This document shows, in pieces, positions 1-11,100 of a stretch of DNA of 64,000 bases. Made by a program: the position numbers and the translations under genes. Source of the stretch: Mizuhopecten yessoensis (Eukaryota); contig NW_018408079.1 of assembly GCF_002113885.1 (NCBI RefSeq), forward strand, positions 380,767-444,766, written 5' to 3'. How positions within the stretch are numbered: the stretch's first letter is position 1; every line of letters begins with the position of its first letter. The notes beneath the pieces are model-generated. The model had not been told where the DNA came from, did no database searches, and saw only the letters and a program-made list of their open reading frames with translations.

Positions 1-1259
1 CCACCACCTAGGGATGCTTCCAGTCAAATATGGTTGATATCCACCTCTTAGTTCCAGAGAAGAAGTTGCTTAATGCAATATTGCAAAATTGACCCCTTTT
101 TGCCCGCCTCTCAGCCCCCTGGGGGCTCAGCCCCACCATTTGTATAATTTTGAATCCCCACCACCTAGGGATGCTTCCAGTCAAATATGGTTGATATCCA
201 CCTCTTAGTTCCAGAGAAGAAGTTGCTTAATGCAATATTGCAAAATTGACCCCTTTTTGCCCGCCTCTCAGCCCCCTGGGGGCTCAGCCCCACCATTTGT
301 ATAATTTTGAATCCCCACCACCTAGGGATGCTTCCAGTCAAATATGGTTGATATCCACCTCTTAGTTCCAGAGAAGAAGTTGCTTAAAGCAATATTGCAA
401 AATTGACCCCTTTTTGCCCCGCCTCTCAGCCCCCTGGGGGATCAGCCCAACCATTTGTAAAATTTTGAATCCCCACCACCTAGAGATGCTTCCAGTCAAA
501 TATTGTCGATATCCATGGCATAGATCTACAGAAGAAGTCGTTTGTAGCAATATAGCCCCCTTTTGGCCCCGCCCCTCAGCCCCTGGGGGGTCAGCCCAAC
601 CATTTGTACAATTTTGAATCTCCACCACCTAGGGATGCTTTCAGTCAAATATGGTTGATATCCATCTCTCAGTTTCAGAGAAGAAGTCGCTGAAAGCAAA
701 AAATAGCCAAATTGTCCCCTTTTTGCCCCGCCCCTCAGCCCCCTGGATGGTCAGCCCCATCATTTGTACAATTTTGAATCCCCACCACCTAGGGATGCTT
801 TCAGTTAAATATGGTTGATATCCATCACTCAGTTCCAGAGAAGAAGTCGCTGAAAGCAGTAAATAGCCAAATTGTTCCCTTTTTGCCCCGCATCTCAGCC
901 TCCTGGAGGGTCAGCCCCATCATTTGTACAAGTTTGAATCCCCACCACCTAGGGATGCTTCCAGTCAAATATGGTTGATATCCACTTCTTAGTGCCAGAG
1001 AAGAAGTCGCTTAAAGCAATATAGCCAAATTGACCCCTTTTGGCCCCGCCCCTAAGCCCCCTGGGGGGTTAGCCCCACCATTTGTACAATTTTGAATCCA
1101 CACCACCTAGGGATGCTTCCAGTCAAATTTAGTTGAATTTCAATCAGTGGTTAAGAAGAAGTTGTTTAAAGAAATTGTTGACGTATAGACGGACGGACAG
1201 ACGACGGACGCAACGGTATGGCATAAGCTCACCTTGGTCCTTCGAACCAGGTGAGCTAA
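1..1259 (-). mobile_element. HINE-like (non-autonomous Helentron-type) element with ~158-bp satellite array (family A, ~7 units), truncated by window start
   Basis: Units start at 1, 158, 315, 473, 622, 782 and 942. They are followed by a GACG/GGAC microsatellite and the terminal hairpin AGCTCACCT...AGGTGAGCT. It is the reverse complement of the head of the 14054 element. Confidence 0.8.
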
Positions 1260-1276
1260 TAATAGGGATAACTGAA

Positions 1277-1572
1277 ATACAGCTAAACCTGTATAAAGAG
1301 ACAACCCTAGATCAGTCCAAAGAGTGGTCTCTTAACACAGGTGGTATCTTAATACAGGCTTAATTCACTACAATGGGGAACATTTAAAGAGATATCTTGT
1401 GGTCTCACAGCACAGGTTTAATTCACTGCAAAAGGGAACATTTAAAGAGATCTCTTAACACAGGTGGTCTCTTAATATAGGTTTAATTCACAACAATGGG
1501 GAACATTTAAAGAGATCTCTTAGCAGAGTTGGTCTCTTAATAAAGGTGATTGCAGGAGCAGAGCTGACTGTA
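1277..1572. mobile_element. Tc1/mariner-type MITE with internal short repeats
   Basis: TA-CAGCTAAACCTG ... CAGAGCTGACTG-TA imperfect TIRs; repeated GTGGTCTCTTAA..ACAGG modules. Confidence 0.5.
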
Positions 1573-1657
1573 TTACACCAAATGTAAATACATGTACACT
1601 ACATACAGTTATAATCACCACATAAACTGGTTATACAGACTTCTCCTGAACACCTAC

Positions 1658-3161
1658 TTAGTATCGTTGGAAGAACCTGGTGCATTAGTATAGTTGACGA
1701 TAGCATTAAATGACTGATTGGTCCACTGCCAGAACACAACTGCTGCTGGACTTCTGCAATGACAAAATCAAACAAGTATTTTTATAATGGTTTATTATTA
1801 GTCTTAAAGATCCCTGTACCACTACCAAAAACTGCAAAGTTCTAATAGTCTTCCAACCAAGCATGCTTCTGGCAAAATATCATTACCCTGGACCTTTCGG
1901 TCTTACAGAACAAGTCATTTAAAGATTTAAACATATATTGACCACTGTGACCTTGAATATGGAAGAAGGTCATTCATTTTAACAAAATTGATAGTCCTTC
2001 ATCCCAACATGTTAATGGCCAAATATCATCTGTGACCTTTGGACTTTTGCTTATTGAGAAGAAGTTGTTTAAAGGTTTTAAACATATTTGACCCATGTGA
2101 CCTTGGATATATGTCAAGGTCATTTATTTTAACAAACTTGGTAGCCCTTTATCCCAGCATGCTACTGGCTAAAATATCATCACCCTGTGCATTTCGGTTT
2201 TTCAGAAGATGTTGTTTAAAGTTTTTAACATATTTGACCCCTGTGACCTTGAAAATAGGTGAAAGTCATTTATTTGAACCAACTCTGTAGCCCTTCTTTC
2301 CAGTTTACCTCCGGCCAAATATCAACACCCTAGGCCTCTTGGTTATTAAGAAGAAGTTGTTTCAAGTAAAATATTGACACCGGACGACAGACAGGTGAGC
2401 TAAAATGTTCTGGGCCTTTAGGATTAATGTGAAAGAGTAAAAAGAGTACAAACATCAGAAAAAGTTTACATATACCTGTAAAATGTTACCATGCATCCAC
2501 ATAGAACCATGCCTCCCGGGACCTGGAAAGACATCCTCCCTATAACATTTTGCAGAACACCTGTGTCCGGGTGGAAAGCGGATAGTGTCGCCTGTTGGGC
2601 TCGTCTATAGTCTGGCACAGTCACTCCATGTGGTAGGCTGTGGTTTTTACTGAAATTATAACAACATCTTGCCTGCATTATGTCAAATATTTATTATGAT
2701 TTCACTTGAGAATGTATTCAATGGATTTTATACAACAACTTTTCTGAGTTAAATATAGACAATTGAATTAGTCTATATAGACTTTCATTCAGAGCTGTTC
2801 TAGATAAGTTTTCATTTCAATAACTTAGTGACTGTTAGGATCAATACAAATATGAGGCATTTTTATGTGTATTTGAACTTTATTCACTTTCATTTTCAAG
2901 TTTGCTTTGGTTGCCAAGTTAAGGCTACTAAGTAACTTTTACTGACAATGCAATCACTGAATTATACCTATAATATTACAATAATGAAATCACTGAATTA
3001 TACCTATAATATTCCACTATATCTTTATACTGATATAGGGTTTTTGTTGGGGTCAACGTCAGGCGAGTGTCAGTGATCCAAGCATAGTAGCGAAGTCTTC
3101 CTTGAAATTTGGACAGGTCCCATATAGGTTCATTCAAATTAACCTTTGATTCAGATGTCAT
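1658..3161 (-). CDS. SFXN2: Sideroflexin-2-like mitochondrial inner-membrane carrier; first three coding exons (gene continues beyond window start)
   Basis: Exons 3161-3004, 2649-2476 and 1753-1658 join in phase at GT-AG sites. Translation includes [31 protein letters not shown]...[25 protein letters not shown]...[31 protein letters not shown] and QWxNQSFNA are sideroflexin motifs; RMSFQxPGGM is the SFXN2-type variant. A probable 5'UTR exon ends at the AAG|GTAAG donor at 4968. Confidence 0.88.
1850..2405 (-). mobile_element. HINE-like element with degenerate ~145-bp family-B units
   Basis: Units are the reverse complement of the 9563-11451 array; ends with GGACGACAGACAGGTGAGCTAAAA. Confidence 0.7.
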
Positions 3162-3387
3162 CTTTGCCAGCATAACATGTAAAGAATAAAAACAATACAT
3201 ACAATGAGTAAAAGAAAGCAAATAATTATGGCAACTGACCAATCTAAATATTCCTTCAAATATCTGAACATCCATTTAGATATAATAGTGCATCTGGTAG
3301 TTAAGTTTAAATACAAATTTTATCTTTATTATTTCATTTAAAATCAGCACAATGTACAAAACCCGATCATAAAGTTGAAATGAATTA

Positions 3388-3920
3388 CAATGTATTACCT
3401 CCGTCACTACAGGTTTTATAAAATATCTAAATTATTTAATATTACATACACTTTCAACAAAACAATTCCACATAAATCATATCTCACAATGCATCATACA
3501 GGAAACACAATCAGGATATAACTTGCATTACAATGTATTACCTCCGTCACTACAGGTTTTATAAAATATTTAAATTATTTAATATTACATACACTTTAAA
3601 CAAAACTATTCCACATAAATCATATCTCACAATGCATCATACAGGAAACACAAGCAGGATAAAACATACATTACAATGTATTACCTCCGTCACTACAGGT
3701 TTTATAAAATATTTAAATTATTTAATATTACATACACTTTCAACAAAACTACTCCACATAAATCATATCTCACAATGCATCATACAGGAAACACAAGCAG
3801 GACATAACTTGCATAACAATGTATTACCTCTGTCACTACAGGTTTTATAAAATATTTAAATTATTTAATATTACATGCACAATGCATCATACAGGAAACA
3901 CAAGCAGGATAAAACTTACA
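3388..3920. repeat. AT-rich 143-bp tandem repeat (~3.6 copies)
   Basis: CAATGTATTACCTC(C/T)GTCACTACAGG recurs at 3388, 3531, 3674 and 3817. Confidence 0.9.
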
Positions 3921-4967
3921 TTCTGTTTGTGAAAAATTACCCCAGTGGTAGTCTTACCTAACCTTTACAACAGCCTAGCTGTTCCTTTATGAATTGGGAA
4001 AATATAGCATTATTTGTATTGAAATTGGTAATATATTCCTCAGTTTTTGGTCTTTTTGGGAGAATAAGGGACTTTTTAGCTAGGGGAAACTAAACAGAGT
4101 GTATTCGTCAGTAAAACTGAGCAAAATAAATCACTGTACCCTGAATTAGAAATGTTTGAAATCTGAGCATTTGCAAAAAAAACACCTATAAATAAAAACA
4201 AGAGATCCCAGAGGGATCATCTTCACTGGTGCCCACCATTGTACCATCTTCATTAGTTCTTTGTCATTTCGATCTTTTCTCTTCTTTTCTCTAATCTTAT
4301 TGATCGAGTCATGTTAACAGTACCTTGAGGTAATATTTGATCTAAACTTAATACTGATGTATCATGTGTATGTGTGCCCGCTGTTTAGGTCTCGCCTATT
4401 TCATATTATGAAAAAATAACACCCATTTTTACTCCAAGTGTTTAAAAGAAATTTATGTGTTTTTATTTCACTTTATTTTCCATCTGAGTAATAAAATTGT
4501 TACTGCAAATGGTTAACTGTTACCCAAATACAGGATTATTACCCATATCATATGCGCCGTTGTGCCCAACCTATTTAGCTTACTCTATAGTAGGCCTATT
4601 ATATATGTAGGCAAGAATTTGAAGATATAGTTTCATATTGGCAATCTGGTTCATAAAACGTAGTAATGTAATACACTCCATTGTTGATATATCAAATATC
4701 CCGGGGCTGACAACTTAGCATTACCTGTACATGTATATATTACCAGAGACGTATAATACTGTAGTGTAGAGGTCACCGTCACTCTGCAGCCGTCATCGTG
4801 CTACTACTTCTAGCAGACAGCACGTTTTGGTCATTACCTTTTTTCATTCCCTGTTATTTCTTATATTCAAACAGATGAGGAAAACTCTTTAGATGTGCTA
4901 ATTTCACATATGGAATTATAAATAATTAGCTGTTTTTGATTCAACTAAAATAAACAACGATTCTTAC

Positions 4968-5121
4968 CTTCTATGACGAGTTTCTTCTAACTCGAGCACC
5001 TGCAAAACTAATGGAGTTCTTCTACATTTGGAGACAAAATTATATGAACTTCCGCTTTCAAAATGAGGCACTGACGTCACGCGTAGTTACATAGCGAAGC
5101 CGTAGATCTCCATTCAAGAAA
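4968..5121. promoter_or_regulatory. Bidirectional promoter shared by SFXN2-like (-) and ARL3 (+)
   Basis: A minus-strand donor (4968) and the plus-strand ATG|GTAAGG (5122-5130) lie ~150 bp apart. Between them are ETS-type ACTTCCG (5048-5054), CRE TGACGTCA (5072-5079), an X-box-like GTTACATAGCGAA (5086-5098) and locally retained CpG. Confidence 0.7.
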
Positions 5122-8100
5122 ATGGTAAGGCATAATCGTAAAATTTAACCAGCTCATCAATTATTTTGATAGCATACATAAGTTCATAACGGAAACTGTA
5201 TGGAATGTGTTTAGTGGGTTCTGTTTTGTCCCCTTGATCACATTTATTTATTATTTCATTGGAATCAAAATTCATGTCCAGTCCGGCAATGCAATCGCCA
5301 ATGATTGAAAGACTGCCAAATTGTGACCAAATTATGTCGATAACAGCTACCATGTGTGTTTTTTCATATACTCACTCCTACCATTTACTGACCCCTTGTT
5401 AATTCATCAATGCTCGATACAGCGAATATCTGAGTATTACATCATTTTTGGTGATCATACTATCAACATTAATTATCGTCACGAACTTACAACGTTAATA
5501 TCGTTTGTGTTTTTCTTGCAATTTATTTCCCATTTCAGTCACAAAATTGTAACCGCATCAAGTAAACAGTATCTGTTACACAAATGCAGGATTATATCCA
5601 TATGAAGGGTTGTGTCCAACGTGGTAATCATCATATCATCTTTATGTATTCTTGAACTCTGAATATGGTAACAGGTTGTTTCGCCCTAAATCGTGTTCAC
5701 ACTAAGTGTTGTTTTGCCCTAAATCCTGTTCGCCCTAGGTTGTTTCACCCAAAACAAAAATCAATTTAAACGCTAGCTAATATATAATATTTAAATATAT
5801 CGGCTAAACGTATTGATAACTTTCTACATTAGTGTAGGTATATTTCATGTAGAAAAATATGAAAATTTGTGAGTGCAGAGTCAGCTTTTCACAGCTGCTG
5901 TTTGTCACACTCGCTCAAAAACAACACAACCACATTTATTTTTATAAAATTGATTTTAATGATATGGAAGACTTAATTTGTGACTTAAAACTACTAAAAT
6001 TGAATGAAATATTCCAACAATGTTTCACCCTAAAATTTTTGTTTTAGGGTGAAACAACCTAAGGCGAATGGGATTTCGGGCGAAACAACCCTGAACACTG
6101 AATATTATGGCAGATTTTAATTGTATACAGGATAACGATCACCTTAATTCAAGCTTCGTGCTAAAGGGAATTCACGTATTTCACTTTAGCTCAGGGGTAG
6201 AGCGCCTGACTAGGAAATCTGGGATCACAGGTATCCCTAGTGATTTCAAGCATGCGTTAATGCTGTAATAGTACTACTGTACATGTATTCCCAAAAATAT
6301 AAGAAGTTTGACTGAAACGCTGGTCTCTGGAGACCAACAACAAACTTTTTAAGATACAACCGAAACTTAAAACATCTATTCCCAGTCGGAAAGATCGTAG
6401 AGAGGAAGTTGTCCTCGCTCGGCTCCGCACTGGGCACACATATCCTACTCATTCGTACCTTTTAAAACGAGAAGATATACCTTCATGCCACGCATGTGAC
6501 ACTCCATTTACAGTGGAGCATTTTTTAATAGAATGTTCCGATTTTAAACACATTCGTGATAACTACTTCCGAGTCCCGGATATGAAAACACTTTTCAGTT
6601 CCGTGGATTCGAAGGCATTATTTAACTATTTGAAAGACATCGGTCTATTTTATAGACTCTGATGTCTTTTAACCAACCTTATCATTTTTGACGTTATATA
6701 CATATCGCATATTCCATATCATCTATTCGTTATCTCTTTTATTATTTTAACTACCTTTTATTATTTTTTATTATCTACACATACAATGCGAATACTTTTA
6801 AACTGAACCATTTTATCTGATTTTATCTTCGCTATTCACATGTTTGTTAAAAAAGTAAAATAGATAAATAAATCACCATGGCCCTAAATGACCACAGCCG
6901 TCGATGGGCCGTTAAACATAAACAAACAAACAAACAAACAAGTTTGACTTGGCAAGATTTACTTTAACACTTTTGACAAGCACTTTTCACAGTTGGCACA
7001 AGAATATCTGATACGCAAGAAATGGTAGAGCTCTCATGTTGATGGTTATAAAATTGAACACTGTTTCATATGTAAAACAAATATCGTTATTGGCATACCT
7101 GCCAACCCGGCCTCCCTATTTAGGAGGGAGAATCATGATTTCGGACCCATAAATTTCGCATTTTCAACAGACAAATTTACTAAACTGTTCCTATATTTTA
7201 AAATCTAACGAATCTATCTGAAAGAACAATTCAATAAATGTTTTTCAAAGGGTTATTTTTGACAAAAAAAATGACAACCTAAACTTGTCCACACTGTTGG
7301 AATTACTTCTTTGCCCCATATATATATGTACATGTACATACACACATGATATTTAGGTTTAAATTTTGAGCATGCATAATCTTCCCCATGGACATTTCAA
7401 ACAGTTGGCAAGTATGTATTGCATTCTAATAACAACTTCTCTACATAGGAAAAGGTTATAAGACATTGAATGTGAATGTTTATGTCAGCCTGAGTGATAT
7501 AGAGAAGCATAGTTTTAACTTGTGTATTTCATAAGTTTACATTTGCTTTACACATGTATCTGACAACAAAAAATTAAAGCTACCAGGGAATAATTTGGTT
7601 CACACAATGCACTTGACAGCAGCCTAGGACTACTTTTTCTTTTAAACCGCGTGAGTCTATACATGTTTCAGTATGTTTGCATTTCCGTACCTACAAATGT
7701 GATGTTTTGGACATTTTTTAATCTTTGTAAATTAAGGAAACATCTATCATTTTCTAACTTACTTTTAAACTCATATCCTTTTTCACCTTTTATCTCAAAC
7801 TTGATTTTTATATACAATCTAACCACTGGCAAATGAAAGTAAGGCAGTCCTATTTGTTGTGCCTCTTAATTAATGTATCATTATTTATGGGAGTCTCCCA
7901 ACTTAATGAGACGGACCTAATTCAATTTTAAACAGCTCTGCCGAAAAAAAGTCAACCAGCAGCCTCCGGCTCTTATGGTACATGTATATATAGTTATAGG
8001 AGTATATGTACTAGAACAAGTCATTCCGAGCTGATCCTTTAACTGGTATCGGAGCCTGAGGTGTAGGAAATTAAACACTGATTTTTATCAAAATGCTTTT

Positions 8101-11100
8101 TTTTGTGCAGGGTTTACTGAGTCTACTGAGGAAGCTGAAAAGTTCCAAATCAGAAGAGTTAAGAATCTTGCTTCTTGGATTAGACAATTCTGGCAAGACA
8201 ACACTACTTAAGCAGTTGGCAAACGAAGGGCAAGAACTCAAGAATGTTGCCCCAACACAGGTAAAGTGTGGAATCAAATCTCTCCATACAGGTATTCTTT
8301 CAAGAAGGAGTTTCTTCATGATCAGTTAGATATATATTTTTACTGAAAACAAAAGCAATTTGCCTGCTGAAGCTTTTTGGTAATCTTGTAAACAGAAGGG
8401 ATATAAAAACTTATCTGATGAGTTCTGCAATATAAAGCTTAAGAGTCATTTGCTTAAAAGCAGCCAAGGAGTGAGGTTGTCATTGTGCATTTTAGACACT
8501 GGGTAAGTGCAGGTTTTGATATAACGAGTCTTTGACTTTAAGACAGAGAAAGGGTGATATGGTCATTTTGCATTTCTGTTATGTTCAGTTTCATTAAAAA
8601 GGAAATGTTGTTGATGTTACTTATAATTTACAATGACCGAATCTATATGCACAAAAAAATAATGACTTCATGATACTACATTAGACATTGACAGCGATCT
8701 GTAATATACAATGTTGTTTATTACATCTGTAGACCTCACTGTAAACATTTGTGAAATTTTCAAGGTAATCTGTTTCTTCATCAAGACGCATGCATTTAAC
8801 AATTACATATTATAAAATACAACTACCAGGTTAGTATTGCTCTGTGACACCTTTTCTTAAGCACACCAACATACCCTGTCTCCTGCATACACACACGCAA
8901 GCACATATACACTACACACATGGAGGCACGTCCTTAAATGACCTTAGCTGTAAAAATGACGTTAAACAAAATTAAACCAAACCAAACTAAAATATCTTAC
9001 AGGATGATTGATTTGAAATTGTAACTTTTATTCCCACAGGGTTTCAATATTAAATCGGTTCAAGCAGCAGGTTTTCAGCTAAACGTATGGGATATAGGAG
9101 GACAAAGGAGAATTAGACCCTACTGGAGGAATTACTTCGACAATACAGATGTATTAGTAAGTCATACAATAAAAAGTCAATTGTATATAGATGGGCGGAT
9201 TGGTCGAGTGGTTAACACTTCGGCTTTCCCCGCAGACAGCAGGGGTTCGATCCTCGAAGTCGTCGTACGCATGGAATATCAGAGAAAGTGTTTTTCTCCT
9301 GCCCACACAACTCCAACTACCCAGGTGGAGTATAAAATGGTCTGGGGTGGATGTTGCGGTATCTGTGCTGTAGTATTCAAGTGAGGTGGCACTATAAAAG
9401 ATGCCTTTGGAAGCACGGTCCCATTACAAAACAGAACACAATACATCTCCAGCACACACACAGGCATACAGACATAGGGAGATATTAGCCAGGTGGCATA
9501 TGACTAGTAGTAAGCACCTGATAAGGCAGCTCCTGCAAATTCCTCAAAATTGAATTAATTAATGAAGGGCAAGTGAGCTTATGCCATGGTCCGGCATCAT
9601 CCTCCGTCTGTCCGGCGTCAACTTTTTAATTTAAACAACTTCTTCTCAGTAACCAAAAGGTCTAGGATAATGATATTTGGCCAGAAGCATACTGGAATCA
9701 AGGGCTACCAAGTTTGTTCAAATAAATGACCTTGACCCACTTTCAAGGTCACAGGGGTCAAACATATTAAAATCTTCAAACAACTTCTCAATAACCAAAA
9801 AACCCAGAGTACTGATATTGGGCCTGTAGCATGCTGGGATGAAGGGCTACCAAGTTTGTTCAAATGAATGACCTTGATCCACTTTCAAGGTCACTGGGGT
9901 CAGATGTCTTAAAATCTTTGAATGACTTCTTCTCAATAATCAAAAAGCCCAGGGTACTGATAAAGTGGCTGTAGCATGCTGGGAATGAGGGCTACCAAGT
10001 TTGTTCAAATGAATGACCTTGATTCACTTTCAAGGTCACTGGGGTCAGATGCTTAAACTCTTCAAACGACTTCTTCTCAATAACCAAAAGGCCCAGGGTA
10101 CTGATATTGGGCCTGTAGCATGCTGGGATGAAGGACTATCAACTTTGTTAAAATGAATGACCTTGACCAACTTTCAAGGTCACAGGGGTCAAATGTCGTA
10201 AAATCTTCAAACAACTTCTTCTCAATAACCAAAAGGCCCAGGGTACTGATATTGGGCCTGTAGCATGATGGGATGAAGGGCTACCAAGTTTGTCTAAATG
10301 AATGACTTTGACCAACTTTCAAAGTCAAAGGGGTCAAATGTCAAAAAATCGTCCAACGACTTCTTCTCAATAACCAAAAGGCTCAGGGTACTGATATTGG
10401 GCTTGTAGCATGCTGGGATGAAGGGCTACCAAGTTTGTTCAAATGAATGACCTTGACCAACTTTCAAGGTCACTGGGGTCAAATGTCTTAAAATCTTAAA
10501 ACGACTTCTTCTCAATAACCAAAAGGCCCATGTCCTGATATTGAGCCTGTAGCATGCTGGGATGAAGGGCTACCAAGTTTGTTCAAATGAATGACCTTGA
10601 CCCAGTTTCAAGGTCACTGGGGTCAGATGTTTTAAAATCTGACTTCTTCTCAATAACCAAAAGGCCCAGGGTACTGATATTGGGCCTATAGCATTCTGGG
10701 ATGAAGGATTATCAAGTTTGTAAAAATGAATGACCTTGACCCACTTTCAAGGTCACAGGGGTCAAATGTCTTAAATCTTCAAAAAAACTTCTTCTCAATA
10801 ACCAAAAGGCCCAGGTCCTGATATTGAGCCTGTAGCATGATGGGATGAAGGACTACCAAGTTTGTTAAAATGAATGACCTTGACCCACTTTCAAGGTCAC
10901 AGGGGTCAAATGTCTTAAATCTTCAAAAAAACTTCTTCTCAATAACCAAAAGGCCCAGGGAACTGATGTTGGGCCTGTAGCATGATGGGATGAAGGGCTA
11001 CCAAGTTTGTTCAAATGAATGACCTTGACCCAGTTTCAAGGTCACTGGGGTCAGATGTTTTAAAATCTTCAAACAACTTCTTCTCAATAACCAAAAGGCC

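Noticed and set aside
362-2290. Short ORFs in satellite arrays (also 14175-16426, 22999-23232, 25090-25284)
   Set aside because: They are translations of HINE-borne tandem repeats, with no protein motifs or splice support.
6187-6235. tRNA-like sequences (also 9193, 12356, 29606, 43356)
   Set aside because: Only A/B-box heads without a complete cloverleaf or acceptor stem; SINE-derived.
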